A DNA stretch of 64,000 nt, taken from Lama guanicoe (taxonomy: Eukaryota). A program made the position numbers and the translations under genes. The stretch covers positions 6,531,824 to 6,595,823 of the forward strand of contig MU054391.1 in NCBI GenBank assembly GCA_013239625.1, given 5' to 3'. The first letter of the stretch is position 1; each line of letters opens with the position of its first letter. Below are positions 1 to 15,249 of the stretch, one piece after another. A model generated the notes under the pieces. It saw only the letters and a list, made by a program, of their open reading frames with translations, did no database searches and was not told the origin of the DNA.

Positions 1-899
1 CTTCCCTGGATTTCCAAAAGAGATGACAGCAGGAATGGAATCTCTTCGAGACCCATCCTTGCTGGGGTCCAACACCCATGCGGAGTTTTGTGGATTCTCT
101 CAGGGGCTCCAGGCAAGGAAGCTCCTTTTGGAAAGGAAAGTCCTATCTGGGTGCCCCCCCCCGCCCCGAGGAAACAGGCTCCAAACAACCTGCTTTCTTC
201 ATTTATATGTTTGTATCTTGTGAACAGTTCCCAGGAGTTTAAGCAAATGCTAGCCCATCAGAATTGTTCTCTTAATGATTATATTCGTTTGTGTTAGGAA
301 ACAGCTTAATTGGCAGTAAACTTATCCCAGCTGGAACACTACAAGATCATAGGTGACTTCTCTGCAGTGTACGTTTCCCTCAGAGCGGGGGTCTCTGGAC
401 CTGACCCAGGTAGGGAACATGGACTCATTTCCAGAAGGAGAAGGGTGTGGCCCAAGGGCACAGGAGGCAACAAATTGGCAAACGAAGCCAGATTCACAAC
501 CCCTGGGTCCATCTTCCCTACACTTTGAAGGGCTGCTCCTCAGAAGCCAGCACCGATAGTGGGAAAACCTTCTGGTTTCTGGCTCTGCTCCTGGAGAGGC
601 CTGTGTGAACGTTCAGCTCGGCAGGACTGGCCTTGTCTGGAAGTCACACAGGGTCACAGAAGGTGTCTGAAGTAGAATGTAAAGTCAGTCAGCTGCAGGT
701 CTGACTATTCGGCATTTTCCAGAACATAGAGGAGAGAGAGAGAACAAAGATGCTGAATTTTAAAAAGAAAACTCACAAAATGCACAGTTCCTTTCAGGTT
801 GTTGTAATTTTTTAAAAATCTGATTTTTTAAAACGTTGGGTGAGGACTAACAGTGTTCTTCAGACTCCAATTCTAATAAACTCTAAAATGTCAATAGTC

Positions 900-1445
900 A
901 GTCCTCAAAAATTTATTGAGTACCTGCTATGTGCCAGGCACTGTTCTCGGTGCTGGAGACAGTGGGCAAGGACAAAGCCAGAGTCCTTGTCCCAGGGGTT
1001 GGTTTACATTTTACAGACACAGGATCTTAGGTACAGATACATGGGGGGAGATTATCAAATGAGGCCGCGTGGCAGAAGGTAACCAGGAGGACCGTCTAGC
1101 TGCTCAGAAAGGGCCTCTCCTAGGAGCAGGTGCTGAGCAGAGGCCTGAACCAGGGGGTGGCAGGCAAATGTCTTGGTGGATTGCAGCAGCCCAGCTGAAG
1201 GAGCAGCACCAGCTGAGATCCTGGGATGGGGATGGTGTTGGCTGATTCAAGGTATAAAACCAGGCCAGGGGGCTTGGAGCCTGGTGAGTGAGAGCAGGAG
1301 ACCATGGGGCAGAGCATGGATTTTATCCCAGAGGGGTGGTAGTCTCTGGAAGGTTTTAAGCAGCAGAATGGGCTGTGGATGGGGCTGCAGACGGGTGAGC
1401 AGGGAGGCAATGAGTGGGTTGGAGCTATGGTCACTTGTGTGAGTC
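900..1445 (-). mobile_element. L2 LINE 3' fragment (approximate bounds)
   Basis: tttattgagtacctgctatgtgccaggcactgttctcggtgctggagac is the typical antisense L2 3' end, followed by L2-like body sequence. Confidence 0.6.
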
Positions 1446-1518
1446 AGGAGACAGAAACCGCATTTGTAATTTGCACGGCAGAAATGTAGTAAAAAGAATG
1501 ATCAACTAGTAAAGGTGA

Positions 1519-1969
1519 TGTGATAGGTTGAAATGTGTCTCCCCACCTCCAAAACCTAGGTTGAAGCCCTGATAACCCACAGCACTTGTGAACGTGATCT
1601 TATTTGGAAATAAGGTCTTTGCAGATGTAATCAAGTTAAGATGAGGTCACTAGGATGGGCCCTAATCCAATAGGACTCGTGTCCTTATAGGAAGAGAGAA
1701 ATTTGGACCCAGATACACAGGAGAACGCCACGTGATGACAGAGGCAGAGGGGGAGGAATGCAGCCACAAACCAAGGGAAGCTGAGGATTCCAGCTGACAA
1801 AACCAGAAGCCGAGGCGGGCATGGGGTGGCTGTTCCCTCAGAGCCTCCACAAGGATGAACCCTGTGGACACCTTGATTTTTGGACTTTCAGTCTCCAGAA
1901 CTGTGAGAGAATAAATTTCCGTTGCTTTAAGCTGCCAGTTGGTTATGGCAGCCTGAGGACACTAAAACA
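1519..1969 (+). mobile_element. MLT1 (ERVL-MaLR) solo LTR, MLT1B/C/D-like
   Basis: TG...CA termini; MLT1 motifs (tttggaaataaggtctttgcagatgtaatcaagttaagatgagg; ccagaactgtgagagaataaattt); 5-bp TSD ggtga/ggtgg. Confidence 0.85.
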
Positions 1970-2325
1970 GGTGGTTAGCTGCTGAAAGGGCAAAAGCAGC
2001 TTGGAAGGCACGCACCACAGGAATACCAGGTGTGGGGAGCAGGTGCCCCCTCTGGGGTTGGGGGCGGGGAAATGAGGAAGGGATAACAGTGGTGAGAAAC
2101 CTTGCCAGAATGGGGGTCAGAGTGGTCTCCGGGGCCAGCCTGTTGGGCTGGGGGAGCAGGCTGGAGCTAGTCCATAGGAGTGAAAGCGGCTTGCTGGGTG
2201 GTTGTGAGGTTGGCTGGAGGAGGAGGAGGACCATCACGGCTCCTCAGCTCCTGCACACGGTTCTGCTGGTGGAAAAACCAACCTTGCCCTGGGAGCAGGA
2301 AGAGAAGCTGTGCAGTGTTCCTCCA

Positions 2326-2339
2326 GCGCCCTCTACGGG
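2326..2339 (-). promoter_or_regulatory. Candidate CTCF site
   Basis: Minus strand CCCGTAGAGGGCGC, 1 mismatch to core consensus CCASYAGRKGGCRS; motif match only. Confidence 0.35.
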
Positions 2340-3166
2340 CAGAGCTTAACATTGCACCAGCTGGCAAAGGGACATGTTTCCAGGGTCCGGCTCCAGTGTC
2401 CCCAAGGCAGACAAACAGGGTGAATTTGGAACTGAGACATAATAAAGCGACAACTGGTACAGTTAGGAGTGAGAAATATGGGGAATTGCATGAAGGGTAA
2501 GAGTGTGCCTCCCATACAGTTTTTCAAAGTTCTGTGATGTTGCAAGACTGCATTTAAAAAGCACTGTGATAGAGATGAAGCCAAACAGTACTTAACCATG
2601 TGATCTGTGTCCCCCCTATTGTCATCTGTCTTCTTAATCCACGAAGTTATTACCACCCCTGCTGCACAGGTAGGTAAATAGAGGCTCAGAGACGTTAAAT
2701 AAGATGCTTGAAGTCACGCTGCTAAGAGGAGGTATTCACTTGCCTCCTGCGTTCCTTCTGCTCCATCCTGACGTCTCCCGCATGGAGGTCCGGAACCCCT
2801 GCTGGCCACTACTTTGTTCTCCTTTGACCACTTAGCCCTCTGCTGACCTCGTGGTCCTGGTCATGGGTACACTGTGTTCTGTGCCGCCAGGCCCGGGAGG
2901 CACTGACCTCAAACACTTCTCCCAGGTCCGGGACTAGAACCCGGCCTTTATCAGCTCCGGGAAAGCCCGTGACCCTGTGCACACAGGCCGCCCCAGAGCA
3001 GATCTCATCTCTACAAGGGTTCAATCCGGCTTTCAGCCGGCTCTCTCAATTTACCACTTAAAGATCTTCCTGCCTTCTGAAAATGGCAGGCTTTCTCCTT
3101 TGAAGAGGAAACTTCTGCCATCCGTGATCACCTCTTCCTGCAGAAGACCTCCTCCTCTGGCTGCTT

Positions 3167-4803
<1,637 letters not shown>

Positions 4804-5559
4804 CTCCTCCTCTGGCTTCTTGATGGCAGACGAGGGAAGGGTCTGGCAGGAGTGGAGATGAGCTCGCCCACCGTGGGGTATAAACTGTGACCGTCCCAGA
4901 CACCCCATCATGGAGAACCCCTGAAGAGTTTGAGATGGGGGCATGACGTGATCAGATCTGCACTTTGCAAAGGTTGCTGGCTGCAGGGGGCAAGACAGGT
5001 TGAACATGTTTTTATTTGCAAAGGGAAAATGTGGTCAACATACACAATTTAGACAATGCATAAAGTATACAGTGACACGTCCCCCCTGGCCTTTATCTCT
5101 GAGTCCCTGTCTTAAAATCCATCGCTCTCCCCAGTATTTGTGTTTTATTCTGGACAGAATCTGAACATGAGAGCATAGATGAATACATCCCCCCTTTCAG
5201 CACGGCGGCGGCACCTGGTACAACTCCGTTCTGTTCTTTGCTTTGTATGTCTCGGCCTTGTGAGTCATCCTGCGTTAGTACGGGGAGAGCAGCCCTGGGC
5301 TTTCCGGCTGTAAACTGTTCCATGGGCCCAGCGTGTTGTATTCAACGTTCTCCCTGTGAATGGACATCGAGGTTGTTCCCCTTGTCTTACTGTTAAAACA
5401 GTGCTGCAGTTAACATCCCCACACGTAGGAGTGTGTGTGGAGAATGAGGTCCCTGACGTGGGATTGCTGATCAGTATCGCCCAGTTGTCCTCCGTTGGAG
5501 GGGACGTCATTCTACGCACCAATTCCCACGCACAAGGATATCATTTACAGCAGGAATGC

Positions 5560-6300
5560 ATTGAGCCTTGGATGACTGGGCGAGGTGGGTTCTCCGGTTG
5601 GAGGCAAGGAAAGTGAACAGGCCATTATTGCAATAGTCCAGGAGGGAGATGTGAGGGTCTGATGTAAGACGGTCACAGTGTGGGTGATGGGGAAGCGATG
5701 GTTTGGAGAAGTGCATACAGTCAACCCTCCCAGGTGGTAGACGTGTGCGTGGGGAGATGGCGTCTGCTTCTCTCCCTTGGGTAACTGAGGGAGAAAAGTG
5801 GCCTTATTAACTGAGATGGGAGATGCGGTCTCCTGGGAAGGGGAGGGAGATTGCTTTGGAGGAGCTGAGAGCATCCAGGTGGAGACATCGGAAGGCAGGT
5901 GGACACGTGGGCCTGAGGCTGGGAAGTAGGAGCAGGACGTGCAGGGGGTGAGTCCTGTGTGCTGATGGGGCAGCCTGGACCAGCGTGCCTGATCAGAGGG
6001 GAGAGGCCAGCCGGAGGCCTGAGATGCACAGCCCCCACTCACTCGTCTGGAGAGTAGGGCTTCCTTCAGTGTTGCTGCCTGGGTCTCCTCGCCTCGTTCC
6101 ATCCCGGCCCCGCTGGAGGAGCCCGGGGGTCAGCAGTATTTAAGGGGCAGACTGTGGGGAGGGGCACAGAAATGTTCTAGAGGTCACAGAGATAAACGCC
6201 CAAATCTGTGGGTGACAGATCTGGCAGAGAAGAGACTAGAAAGTGTCCTTTAGAGACAACGATTAGGAGGTCACGGGTGTCCTTAGCAGAGCCATTTTAA
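5560..6300 (-). mobile_element. L2 LINE fragment (approximate bounds)
   Basis: ggccattattgcaatagtccaggagggagatg and downstream L2-type sequence. Confidence 0.5.
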
Positions 6301-8316
6301 TAAAATGACAGAGGCTGGGATTCTATGAAACAATAATAGAAAGTCAGGGTGTTTACTCATTGGTCGTAACCTAGCAACAGCGTGTTCTCAACAGGGATAA
6401 GTGTTCTAGAAAGTGAGACCAAATTACACAAGAACACGGTGTTCTAGAATGTCTGCATGGGTTTGTCAGCCAATTTCCTCCTTAGAGGTACTCAGGAGAT
6501 TGGTAAAAATTACCCTACCTTTCCTCTAAATTTCCAGGTAGGGGATGACAGGCGTTTATTACACTAATAGAACTTAAGTGCTTTGCCAGGGTGACCTCCA
6601 TGAATTCAAAGGTGACCTGAAGGGGGACAGGACGAGAGCAGGGTCCCAGCAGGGAAATGAGCTGTGAGTTGCACTTCGCCACCTTGGAAATCAAACATCG
6701 CCGAGTGTTCTTAAGAATTCGCTGTGGGATTAGATGCTCTCCTGAGACAACACCGGAAGTGCCTTCCTCTCCCTCCCCCTGCAGATCCTCCCACATCAGT
6801 TGGCTGATTTGACCCAAAGCTCATTCTCAATGATGCACAGAAAGTAGGGGAGGGGTACTAGACCCCTAACACTTCCGTCCCCTTGTGGGTGCTGCCTCCT
6901 GGCACTGCGCATTGCCTCAAGGAGAGCACTTAGCCCACCCCACATGTATTTGTTCCATTAACACCATCTCGCAATAGATGGACAGCGAGCTGGTCTCCGA
7001 GGCAGGGCTGGCCTCAGGCACCTGTTCGAGGAGTTCCCATCCCTAGGTGGGTTCTGAGGGGCTGCTGTATGCCAGGCTCAGGAGATGCCAGGATCTGCTC
7101 TCTTCCTTTGAGGTCGCAGAGCTGAGTGGAGGAGATAACCCAGTAAACAGATTCCTTGGAGGAAATGCAACAAACTAGAGGGAAGAAGCTAGGATAAGGG
7201 GAACCAAACCCAGAGCTGAGCAATCTCCAGAGACTTCCTGGAGGAGGTGATGCCTGAGCTGAGTCATGCAGCCCGAGGAGGAGTCAACCCAGTGGAAGTT
7301 GGGGAGAGATGTTCCCGACCATTGAGGCAGCCTCAGCAAAGCACGCAGGTGTGGGCTGGTGTGGCGGGTCACAGGTCCTACAAGGACAGTATTTTGGCAA
7401 AGCCGGGACTCCAAGTCTAGGAAGGTAGTGTCCCTGGCATTAGGCCTGGCACAGGGGGGACCTAACTATGGCTATGGAATGAAGAACAACATGACAGGGA
7501 CAAGGTCTTTGTATAGGCAAGAGGGAGGGGGCATTTCCTGGGCAAATCAGGGTGAATTTGCAATGTCATCATCCTGTCACTGGCCATCCCCTTGTCCCTT
7601 GTGATTACAGAAGGCCGCCTCTGACAGGGGCGTGGGATGAGAGCTTTGAAGGAGGGGGAGGCAGCTCTGCCCTGCGGGCTGGGAGAACTTTACGAAGGTG
7701 TAGCTGCTGTTCCTGCAGATCCTCGCAGATGGAGGGGCCGTGACAGGCCGCCTGCTGGTTCTCTTGGGTATTATATGAAATAATATAAAATGGCCTTGCG
7801 TGGGGTCAAGCTCAGGTCTTTTCTCTCTAGTTCATTTGCTTTTATTGCTTTGCTTTCGGTTGGTCCCGAGAGATGTGGAAGGGACTGGCTCTTGTGCTGA
7901 CCGCAGGCACCTGGTCATCGGGACCCTTGCTGACTGCATCCCAGGAGCCCTGTGTGTGAGACATCTTCCCCAGGAGAAGCCACCTGCTGACGTGCTGGCT
8001 CGGTTTTACCATTCTGCACATGGTCATTTTTTTTTTTATTGTGAAGTTGGAAATAAATCATTATTTTGAACTCTTGTAAATGCAGGAAAGTGCAAAGGAT
8101 AATAACTCTCACGTTCCAAAGGAACAGATACTAACGTTTCATATTTCTTCAGACCTTGTCGTTTGCTTGCTTTATTGAGATAAAACAACTCCAGGGAAAA
8201 TTTGAAATCCCTTCGGTTTTCCTTCCCAGCCCTGTCCCTTCATCTCTCCTGAGAGGCGACGACTGTCATGTACTGGGACGCCTCCCTGCCGTGGCTTCAT
8301 AATTTATACCGCGTGC

Positions 8317-9007
8317 TGTCGGTGCCAGCCGACAATCGATCAGGTCCAGAAACCTGTGCTGCAGGACTGAGAAAAGGAAAGACGTGACAAAGAAACAGCA
8401 AGACAAGACAAGTTGGGGTTGAGAGGGTCTCACTCTAGCCCGCAAGACGCTAGGTCAAGAGTAGACGACGAGTTTATTTCTAGCAGTTAATTTATATGAT
8501 TTTAACCCATTAGCTCATACATTCCTGCACGTAGGCAACGGTATTGTTTTAGGGTACATTAACAATGTATACTAAAATCATTAACTTAAAAGACATCATT
8601 ATTGTTTACTGTTCTCAACAAACTAAAATTATCTGTTCCCGAAACCAAGATCATAAACTAAGGTAATGTTCCTCTAAGCTAACATCGTGACTCGTGTACT
8701 ATTAACTCAGGTGATTGTTCTTCAGATTAAGATCACTAACTTGTGTGCCGATTGTATCTCTCCTTCCGAAGGTCCTTTGTGACTTAATGGCCTCAAGCAC
8801 TAGCGCACCTGGTGTATTCTTTAGTAAAAGGGGGGCGGGACAGAGATTGTTCTAACTCAATTGACCTTTGAGCCGGGCGCCCCGCACTGTGGGAGTTTAG
8901 GCCCAACCGCTCGGCAGCCTCAATCTCAGAGCCTGGCGCCCTGCACTTTGGGGTTTTACGCCCAAGTTCTGTGCGCGGCAGCCCTCCGTCACGAGTGGCT
9001 CCCCGCA
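8317..9007 (-). mobile_element. ERV2 (betaretrovirus-like) solo LTR, young
   Basis: Minus strand begins TGCGGGGAG and ends CCGACA; perfect 6-bp TSD gcgtgc (8311-8316 and 9008-9013); TATA-like ATATAAA (8491-8497) and AATAAA (8473-8478); CpGs retained. Confidence 0.85.
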
Positions 9008-9324
9008 GCGTGCTTCCCTACGCAACACACAGTATCACAGAAGGTGTGTAGAAATGTTACCTGTGGTATCACTGACGATGTTTCGAACTTGCTTTTCCGC
9101 TCAGCCTTCTGTATTTTTGAGATCTGTAAATGCAGATATGCCGGTAGGACGAGCTGGTTTATTTTAGCTGGGACAGTAAACATGTTAACTGATCGAGTTT
9201 CTCTATTTCTGCTCTTAGGAATCATTGCCCTGATCTTGTAACTGAATATGCACCTGTTAACTTTCCCTCAGGCATTATCTTCCTATTTTACTTGTATTTT
9301 TCATTGTCTTGACTTAAAAAAAAT

Positions 9325-10040
9325 AGATTGTTTTCAGAGCAGTTTTAGATTCAAAGCAAAATTGAGAGGAAGGTACAGAGGTTTCCCATAAACCCCGTGC
9401 CCCCTCACATGCACTGCCTCCCCCGTTATCCACAGCCCACAGCAGAGGGTTCATGTGTTACGAATGATGGACGTCCATCCACACACATTATCACCCAGAA
9501 TCCACAGTTTACTCTTGCTGTTGTGGATTCTGTGCATTTTAACAAACGTATGATGACACATGTTTAACATTAGAGCATCAGACAGCTTAGCCTTCACTAT
9601 CCTAAAATCCTTCTGTGTTCCTCCCGTTGACCCCCCTCCTCCCTAACCCCTGACACCCACTTAATGTCTCCATAGTTTTGCTTTTTCCAGGATGTTATAT
9701 ATGTAGTTGGAATCATACACCATGCAGCCTTTTCAGATTGGCTTCTTTCACTTAGTAATATGCATTTAAGTTTCTGCCATGTCCATTCATGGCTTGATAG
9801 CTTATTTCTTTTTAGTGCTGAATAATATTCCACTGCCTGGATGTACTCCACCTACTGAAGGATATTGGTTGCTTTCAACTTTTGGCAATTATGAAGAAAG
9901 CTGCTATAAACATCCATGTGCAGGTTTTTGTGTGGACATATTTCCAGCTCATTTGGGTAAATACCAAGGATCGTGATTGCTGGATTACATGATAGAAATA
10001 TATTTAGTTTGTAAGAAACTGCCAAACTGTTATCCAACGC
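9325..10040 (-). mobile_element. L1MB/L1MC-type LINE-1 3' end
   Basis: gagcagttttagattcaaagcaaaattgagaggaaggtacagag...cttttcagattggcttctttcacttagtaatatgcatttaag; same family as 32680, 44400 and 49850. Confidence 0.8.
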
Positions 10041-10856
10041 CCTGATTTTTAAATGTATCCACTTTTCATCTCGTTCATATTGTGGAAAGTTATCTCAGAT
10101 CCTTTTATGGAATGAGGCAAGGAAGAAACACAAGCAAGCACAAAAACACCTAGCTTCTATCCAGGCCTGGCAGGTGGGGGCTCAGGCCAGACCTCTGAGA
10201 GACGGGAACTGAAAGAGAAGGCAGGGTCTCATTATGAGGTGAGCATGCCTCAAAGACTGATGCCAGAAACTGGATCCAAACAGCAGACTCCCAGAGGGTG
10301 TCTGCCTGTGCCCTGAGGATACAGAGAAAGGATGCTCTGAGCTGCCCACTGTAGACAAGGGTGTTCATCCATCCACCCTCAGCTGCTCTGGGCCCTGAAT
10401 CCCAGCCTCCACTGACACTGTCAGCAGGACCCAGGTGGCAGCTTGCTGCTGGCCAGGAGGGTGCCTGGGTCTGGCCCCACTTTGGGTATCATTGCTAGAA
10501 CTCGAAGGTTCCAGGGAGCACTGGCTGACTCCCTTAGTTGACCGAAATTCTTCTCCCAGGGACAGCCATAGCCCTTTGGTCCCTGCTTCTTTCCAACTCC
10601 TCCTTGCCAGCCCCCTCAGCCAGCCACATGGCTCCCGGGCAGTGGCCCTGAAGCACCAGATGGTTCCGGACCACCCCAATGTCCTCTCTCCTGCCAGACT
10701 GCTCTTACAAGACTCCATTATTTCTCCAGTCCCATCTCTGCTCAGCCCAAATCCTGGTTCTCAAATGACTGACCTAGGACGCGGTGGTGTCCTGTCCCCA
10801 GCCACCTATCGCGACATCTTTTCGCATTGTTTGCTGCCACCCTAACTGTTCATTAG

Positions 10857-10870
10857 TCACCAGGGGGCGC
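10857..10870 (+). promoter_or_regulatory. Candidate CTCF site
   Basis: TCACCAGGGGGCGC, near-perfect CTCF core in non-repetitive sequence; motif match only. Confidence 0.5.
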
Positions 10871-13800
10871 TCTCATTAGCAGGGAAGGTGATGAATTGAA
10901 ATTATGGCAGAATACAAATGTTCAGCCTGTTTTAATAGGAAACCAAAAAATAAAATCTTTTCTTTGCTGTGATAGAAGGAAGGGAGGTCATCATGCCCTG
11001 CTTTATAACATAGTCAGGAAATTAAGGTCTCCCGGTTCTGGAAGAAAGAGGAACCAATATTTCAGTTGCTCTGGGCTTAATGGGCCACTGAGGTCCGCTG
11101 TGAAAAAGCAACATTGGGGGGGGGGTGGTGTGGTCTAGGCTGGTGTAGAGAAGTAAAGGAGGTCGAGAGAGGCCTGGGGTGAGAGGAGGTGGCCAGAGGG
11201 CTGGGAGGTAGACTCTGGAAGCCAGGATGCTGATCTCAGGAAATCAACCAACAGTGGAGAGGCGATGAGTGGGCCCAGTGAAGCCCCAGGGGAGGGGCCC
11301 TTGTGGCCTGCCAGGTGCCTCTGGCTGTGTGACGACCGTCCCACCACACCTGGGCCTTCCTGGCAGCCCTTCCTACTGGGGCCAGAAGGTCTTCAGGCCT
11401 AGATGTGTGTTTGAAATCGTAATATTAATTAAAATATCGGGGGTTACTGTCAGCCAGCTATCATTTTAAGCGCATTATAGGTGTTACCCATTTAATCCTC
11501 AAAATCCGTCAATGAGACAGGTGTGGAGAGAGGGCCAGCGTGCTGTTGGTTTCTTCCTTACAGAGCGACACCTCCAGACTCGGGGCTTGTGGCTCAGGAC
11601 GCCAGGAAATGGTGTTCCTTTTGCACATTGATGACTATTTCCAAGTAGAGTCTTTCTCAGTAGCGGGAGACAATTGACGTGTTCTGCAAACAGGGAGCAT
11701 TTTTGACCCTGCTGCGACGTTTTCCTCCCACTGTTATTTGCCTCTTTTGGGGGCTCAAGGGGAACTAAGACATAACCATGGCAACTCACAGGCAATTAAC
11801 TCCAACCCCACTTGCTGATCTGGGTGAGAACTACCCTGCCGGAAGCTCCTTTGGAACTTTCTCAGGAGAGCCTGGGCGAGGCAGAAGTCTCTGCGTGGTG
11901 GCTGTGCCTGGGGCCCTGGGCCCGGCAGCGGGGGCTGTGGGAGAAAACACCTGCTCCAGTCCGGAGCCCTGGGCATGGATCCCGGCCCCGCTGCCCAGCC
12001 TGTGTGATCTTGGGAAAGTCACTTCTCACGGGCCCCTTCGAGCTCCCACGTGGTGGTGGGAGGATAATTTATGGCTGCCCTGGATTCTCATGAGAATAAT
12101 GAATTAAAGTTAGTGAAACATATTTTGTAAATAATGTGTAAATGTCAGGAGCTATTACCCTGACTTTTCAGTCCCACTGGGGAGTATCTTTGTGAGTGGT
12201 GGAGTAAGGGAAGTTGGATGATGGGTCCTTCGATTTTAAAAACTTTCTATTAGGGTAATTTTCAAATACAGATGACAGTAGATAGAATAGAATGGTTTTC
12301 TATGTACCCATCACCAATGTCAACAATTAACAACATTTGGCCAGTCTTGTTTCCTCTATCCCCTTTAAAAAAATTAGCTTTAGTAAGGTATAATTGACAT
12401 ATAAATAATGTACCTGTATGTACCTTTTGATGAATTTAGACACTCATGTAACCATCACCAAAATCAGACATTTAACAGTTTCATCACTTCCCAAAGTTCC
12501 TTTGTGCCCCTTCCTGGTCAACTGACCCATAGTTCCCTGTGGTCCAAGGGCTCGGGGCAGACCCATCAGGGACACTGTAGCTTCCTAGGGACCCTCGGAT
12601 TACAGGCAGAATAGGGTCTTGTCTCAATGGGGATAGGTGGATGGATGCTTTAAAAAAATCGCAGTAAAATATACATAACATAAAATTTACCGTTATAACC
12701 ATTTTTACATGTACAGGTGAGGGTCTGTCCTCACCTGGTTTGCCTCATGCCTTCATTCCAGCAAAGATCATGTTAATGTCTTGCTTATTTCATAGACACC
12801 AGGAGCAGGTGCCTGGCCTGATGGTCCAGCAATGACCGTTTCAAGGATGGCAGAATGGCGGCCAAAGCAGAACTTACAAGTGCCCTAACCTACCCTCCCA
12901 TTGCCTTCTCTGGTGGTCCTGCAGCACCCCAGCACGAGCCCCACTCCAACCAGTAGGAACAGAAAAGTCTACCCCTCTGCTAGGCCAGGACCACACCTAT
13001 TGCCTACACTAATTTGACTTGTGCTATTTTTCTGTCTTCATTAACTTCCCTTTTTGAAGAGTCTCCAGCCCAGGTAATTGCTGGATTGTTCTGACAGCAA
13101 TTTCCAGAAAGACTCATCAGCTTTTCAGTGGAAAACATTAGGAGCCAGTTTGTGCCCTAAGAGTCTCTGAATTCTTTGTCTCAGAATCCTCACCTTGCTG
13201 TTTGCACCGACTCTGGACTGCTGAGTCACGGCCCTTACCCGGTCCTAACTGAGCTTTCCTCCTTTAAAAAGAGCCGCCTTAAATCAGCTTCCAGTTCTCA
13301 GTGGGTTTTGACAATGTCTCCTCCCCACCGAGAAATTGCCAGACCTTTGGGAAGTGATGTTCCCCTTCGCCCAGGTGGGCAAAAGACTTGGCTTCTTCCT
13401 CTGGACAGGCTGTGTGGGTGACGTCTGGGAGCCAGCTCTGACACCAAGAATCACTTCAGCCATCCTTCAATTTTCTAAATCTTTTCTATCTCATTGTTCT
13501 TGTTGTTTGCTCCTCTGATCTGTGTTTCTCTTGCTCTGTAATTTCTCCAGGCTGATTTTAGGGGAGGAAGCACCAGGCAGTGTTTCCAATCTCGACTTGA
13601 CTCTCCTCCCAGCTGCATCAAATCAGTTGCCTCCAAGGGAGGTCACGCTGTTACCTCATAGATTGTTCGGGACAGCATGCCATTGTCTGATGCTGTAAAC
13701 TGCCAGTTTCTGGGCTTGTTTAATCAAAACCCCCACTTCCAATTCATATTTTCCCATGATTGACCCTGAAATCCAACTCCTCCTATTGGCATTTCAGTTT

Positions 13801-14179
13801 CAATCAGGAGGGAAATTTGTTCATCATGTGCCTGAAACACAATGGTGATCGAATAATGGAGTAATAATGCCAGCTTAATTATTCCTGCTCTTTGTGACTA
13901 TTTTAAAAAATATAGTCTGTAGGCAGTGAGTAATTATATACGGGTAGATGTTTTGGTGGTTTAAAATTTTTTTATTTTTTAATTCTAGGTATCTGGTTAG
14001 TGTAATGGGCATTTTTATTCATATGCAATAAAAAAACCATGTATTTACAAAAATTAAATATGGTATTGCAGTCATGGCTGTTTCAGCTTATAATTACTGA
14101 TGACAATAACATTAGTGATTCCACTCCTGCTAAGGCTTCATTTGCAGTTGACTTGCCCCTGATGCTGGGGAAAAGACAG

Positions 14180-14310
14180 TGAGTGAAAAGATCACACTTG
14201 GGATTTGAAGCCAGACTGACTCAAGTTCAGGTCCTGGCTGTGTCACCCACCAGGTGTGAAATCGATCAAGACTGTGACCTTCCTGATCCTTGGTCTCCTC
14301 AGATGTAAAG
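14180..14310 (+). mobile_element. MIR SINE fragment
   Basis: gccagactgactcaagttcaggtcctggctgtgtcacc...ggtctcctcagatgtaaa MIR-like core. Confidence 0.5.
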
Positions 14311-15249
14311 AAAATATTTGTATCCAGTAGGGTTTTCAGCAGGAACTCTGCTGTTACCGTTTTATTGTTGCTGCTTTGGGAGACAGGATGATTCACTAGG
14401 GAGTGGAGACAGATATTGGAACCTCCATTTATATTTATTTTCCATCCTGTTCTAACATTCTATTTTCAGTTTACTGGTTAGAGTGTACATAATGTGGTAG
14501 TTTAATCTTATTCGCTACTTAGACATTTATAAAAGCTAAATGCATGTTTATTGAGGATGCATATGCTAAATATTTTATTGCTGGATGGCTCATTAAAAGA
14601 ATTTGGGAAATCACTGCTCTGGACTGTCTGATCCCTGTAGTCATTCTAGTTGAGTTACAAATTAATTCTTGGAAATCCTTTCTTATCATCCCAATCAGCC
14701 TCTCAAGATCCTGAGTGTTAGCAGTTGGGAGATAAGCAGCTGGAGTTTCCAACTCTGAGAAGCTGAGAACTGGCCTCTCTAGTGTCTCAACTCCCCTGCC
14801 ACAAATGTGGGGCCCTGATGGCCAGCCTGGCTGCCTCAGTGATGTTTCTGACATCATTTCAGAATGTATTCTCTGCTTCTCGTTCCAAAATAATCGAGAT
14901 CTAACTTAGCCACTTCTTGATTGGTCCTTTATTATAAAGAGCAGGACATTTCATGGTTGAAAATGCATTCTAGTCTTTCTCTTCCTTTTAAACCTTGACC
15001 CCTCAGCCTTAGCTTCCGAATCTTTCCAGCGATAGAATAATAATTGTCTTGCCTTCCTCATAGGGTTGTTGTAAAGAATAAACGAGAGATCATATCCTGT
15101 CATACTGACTGTGCCGGCCACCAGAGACAGGAAGACATTGAAAGCAACAGACTTTTCCCAGATTACTTTGAAAGGAATGACAATTTATACTAAGAGATTT
15201 CTTCTTCCCTTTCTCCTCCTCCTTTCCTTTCTCCTCTTCCTCCTTCCTG

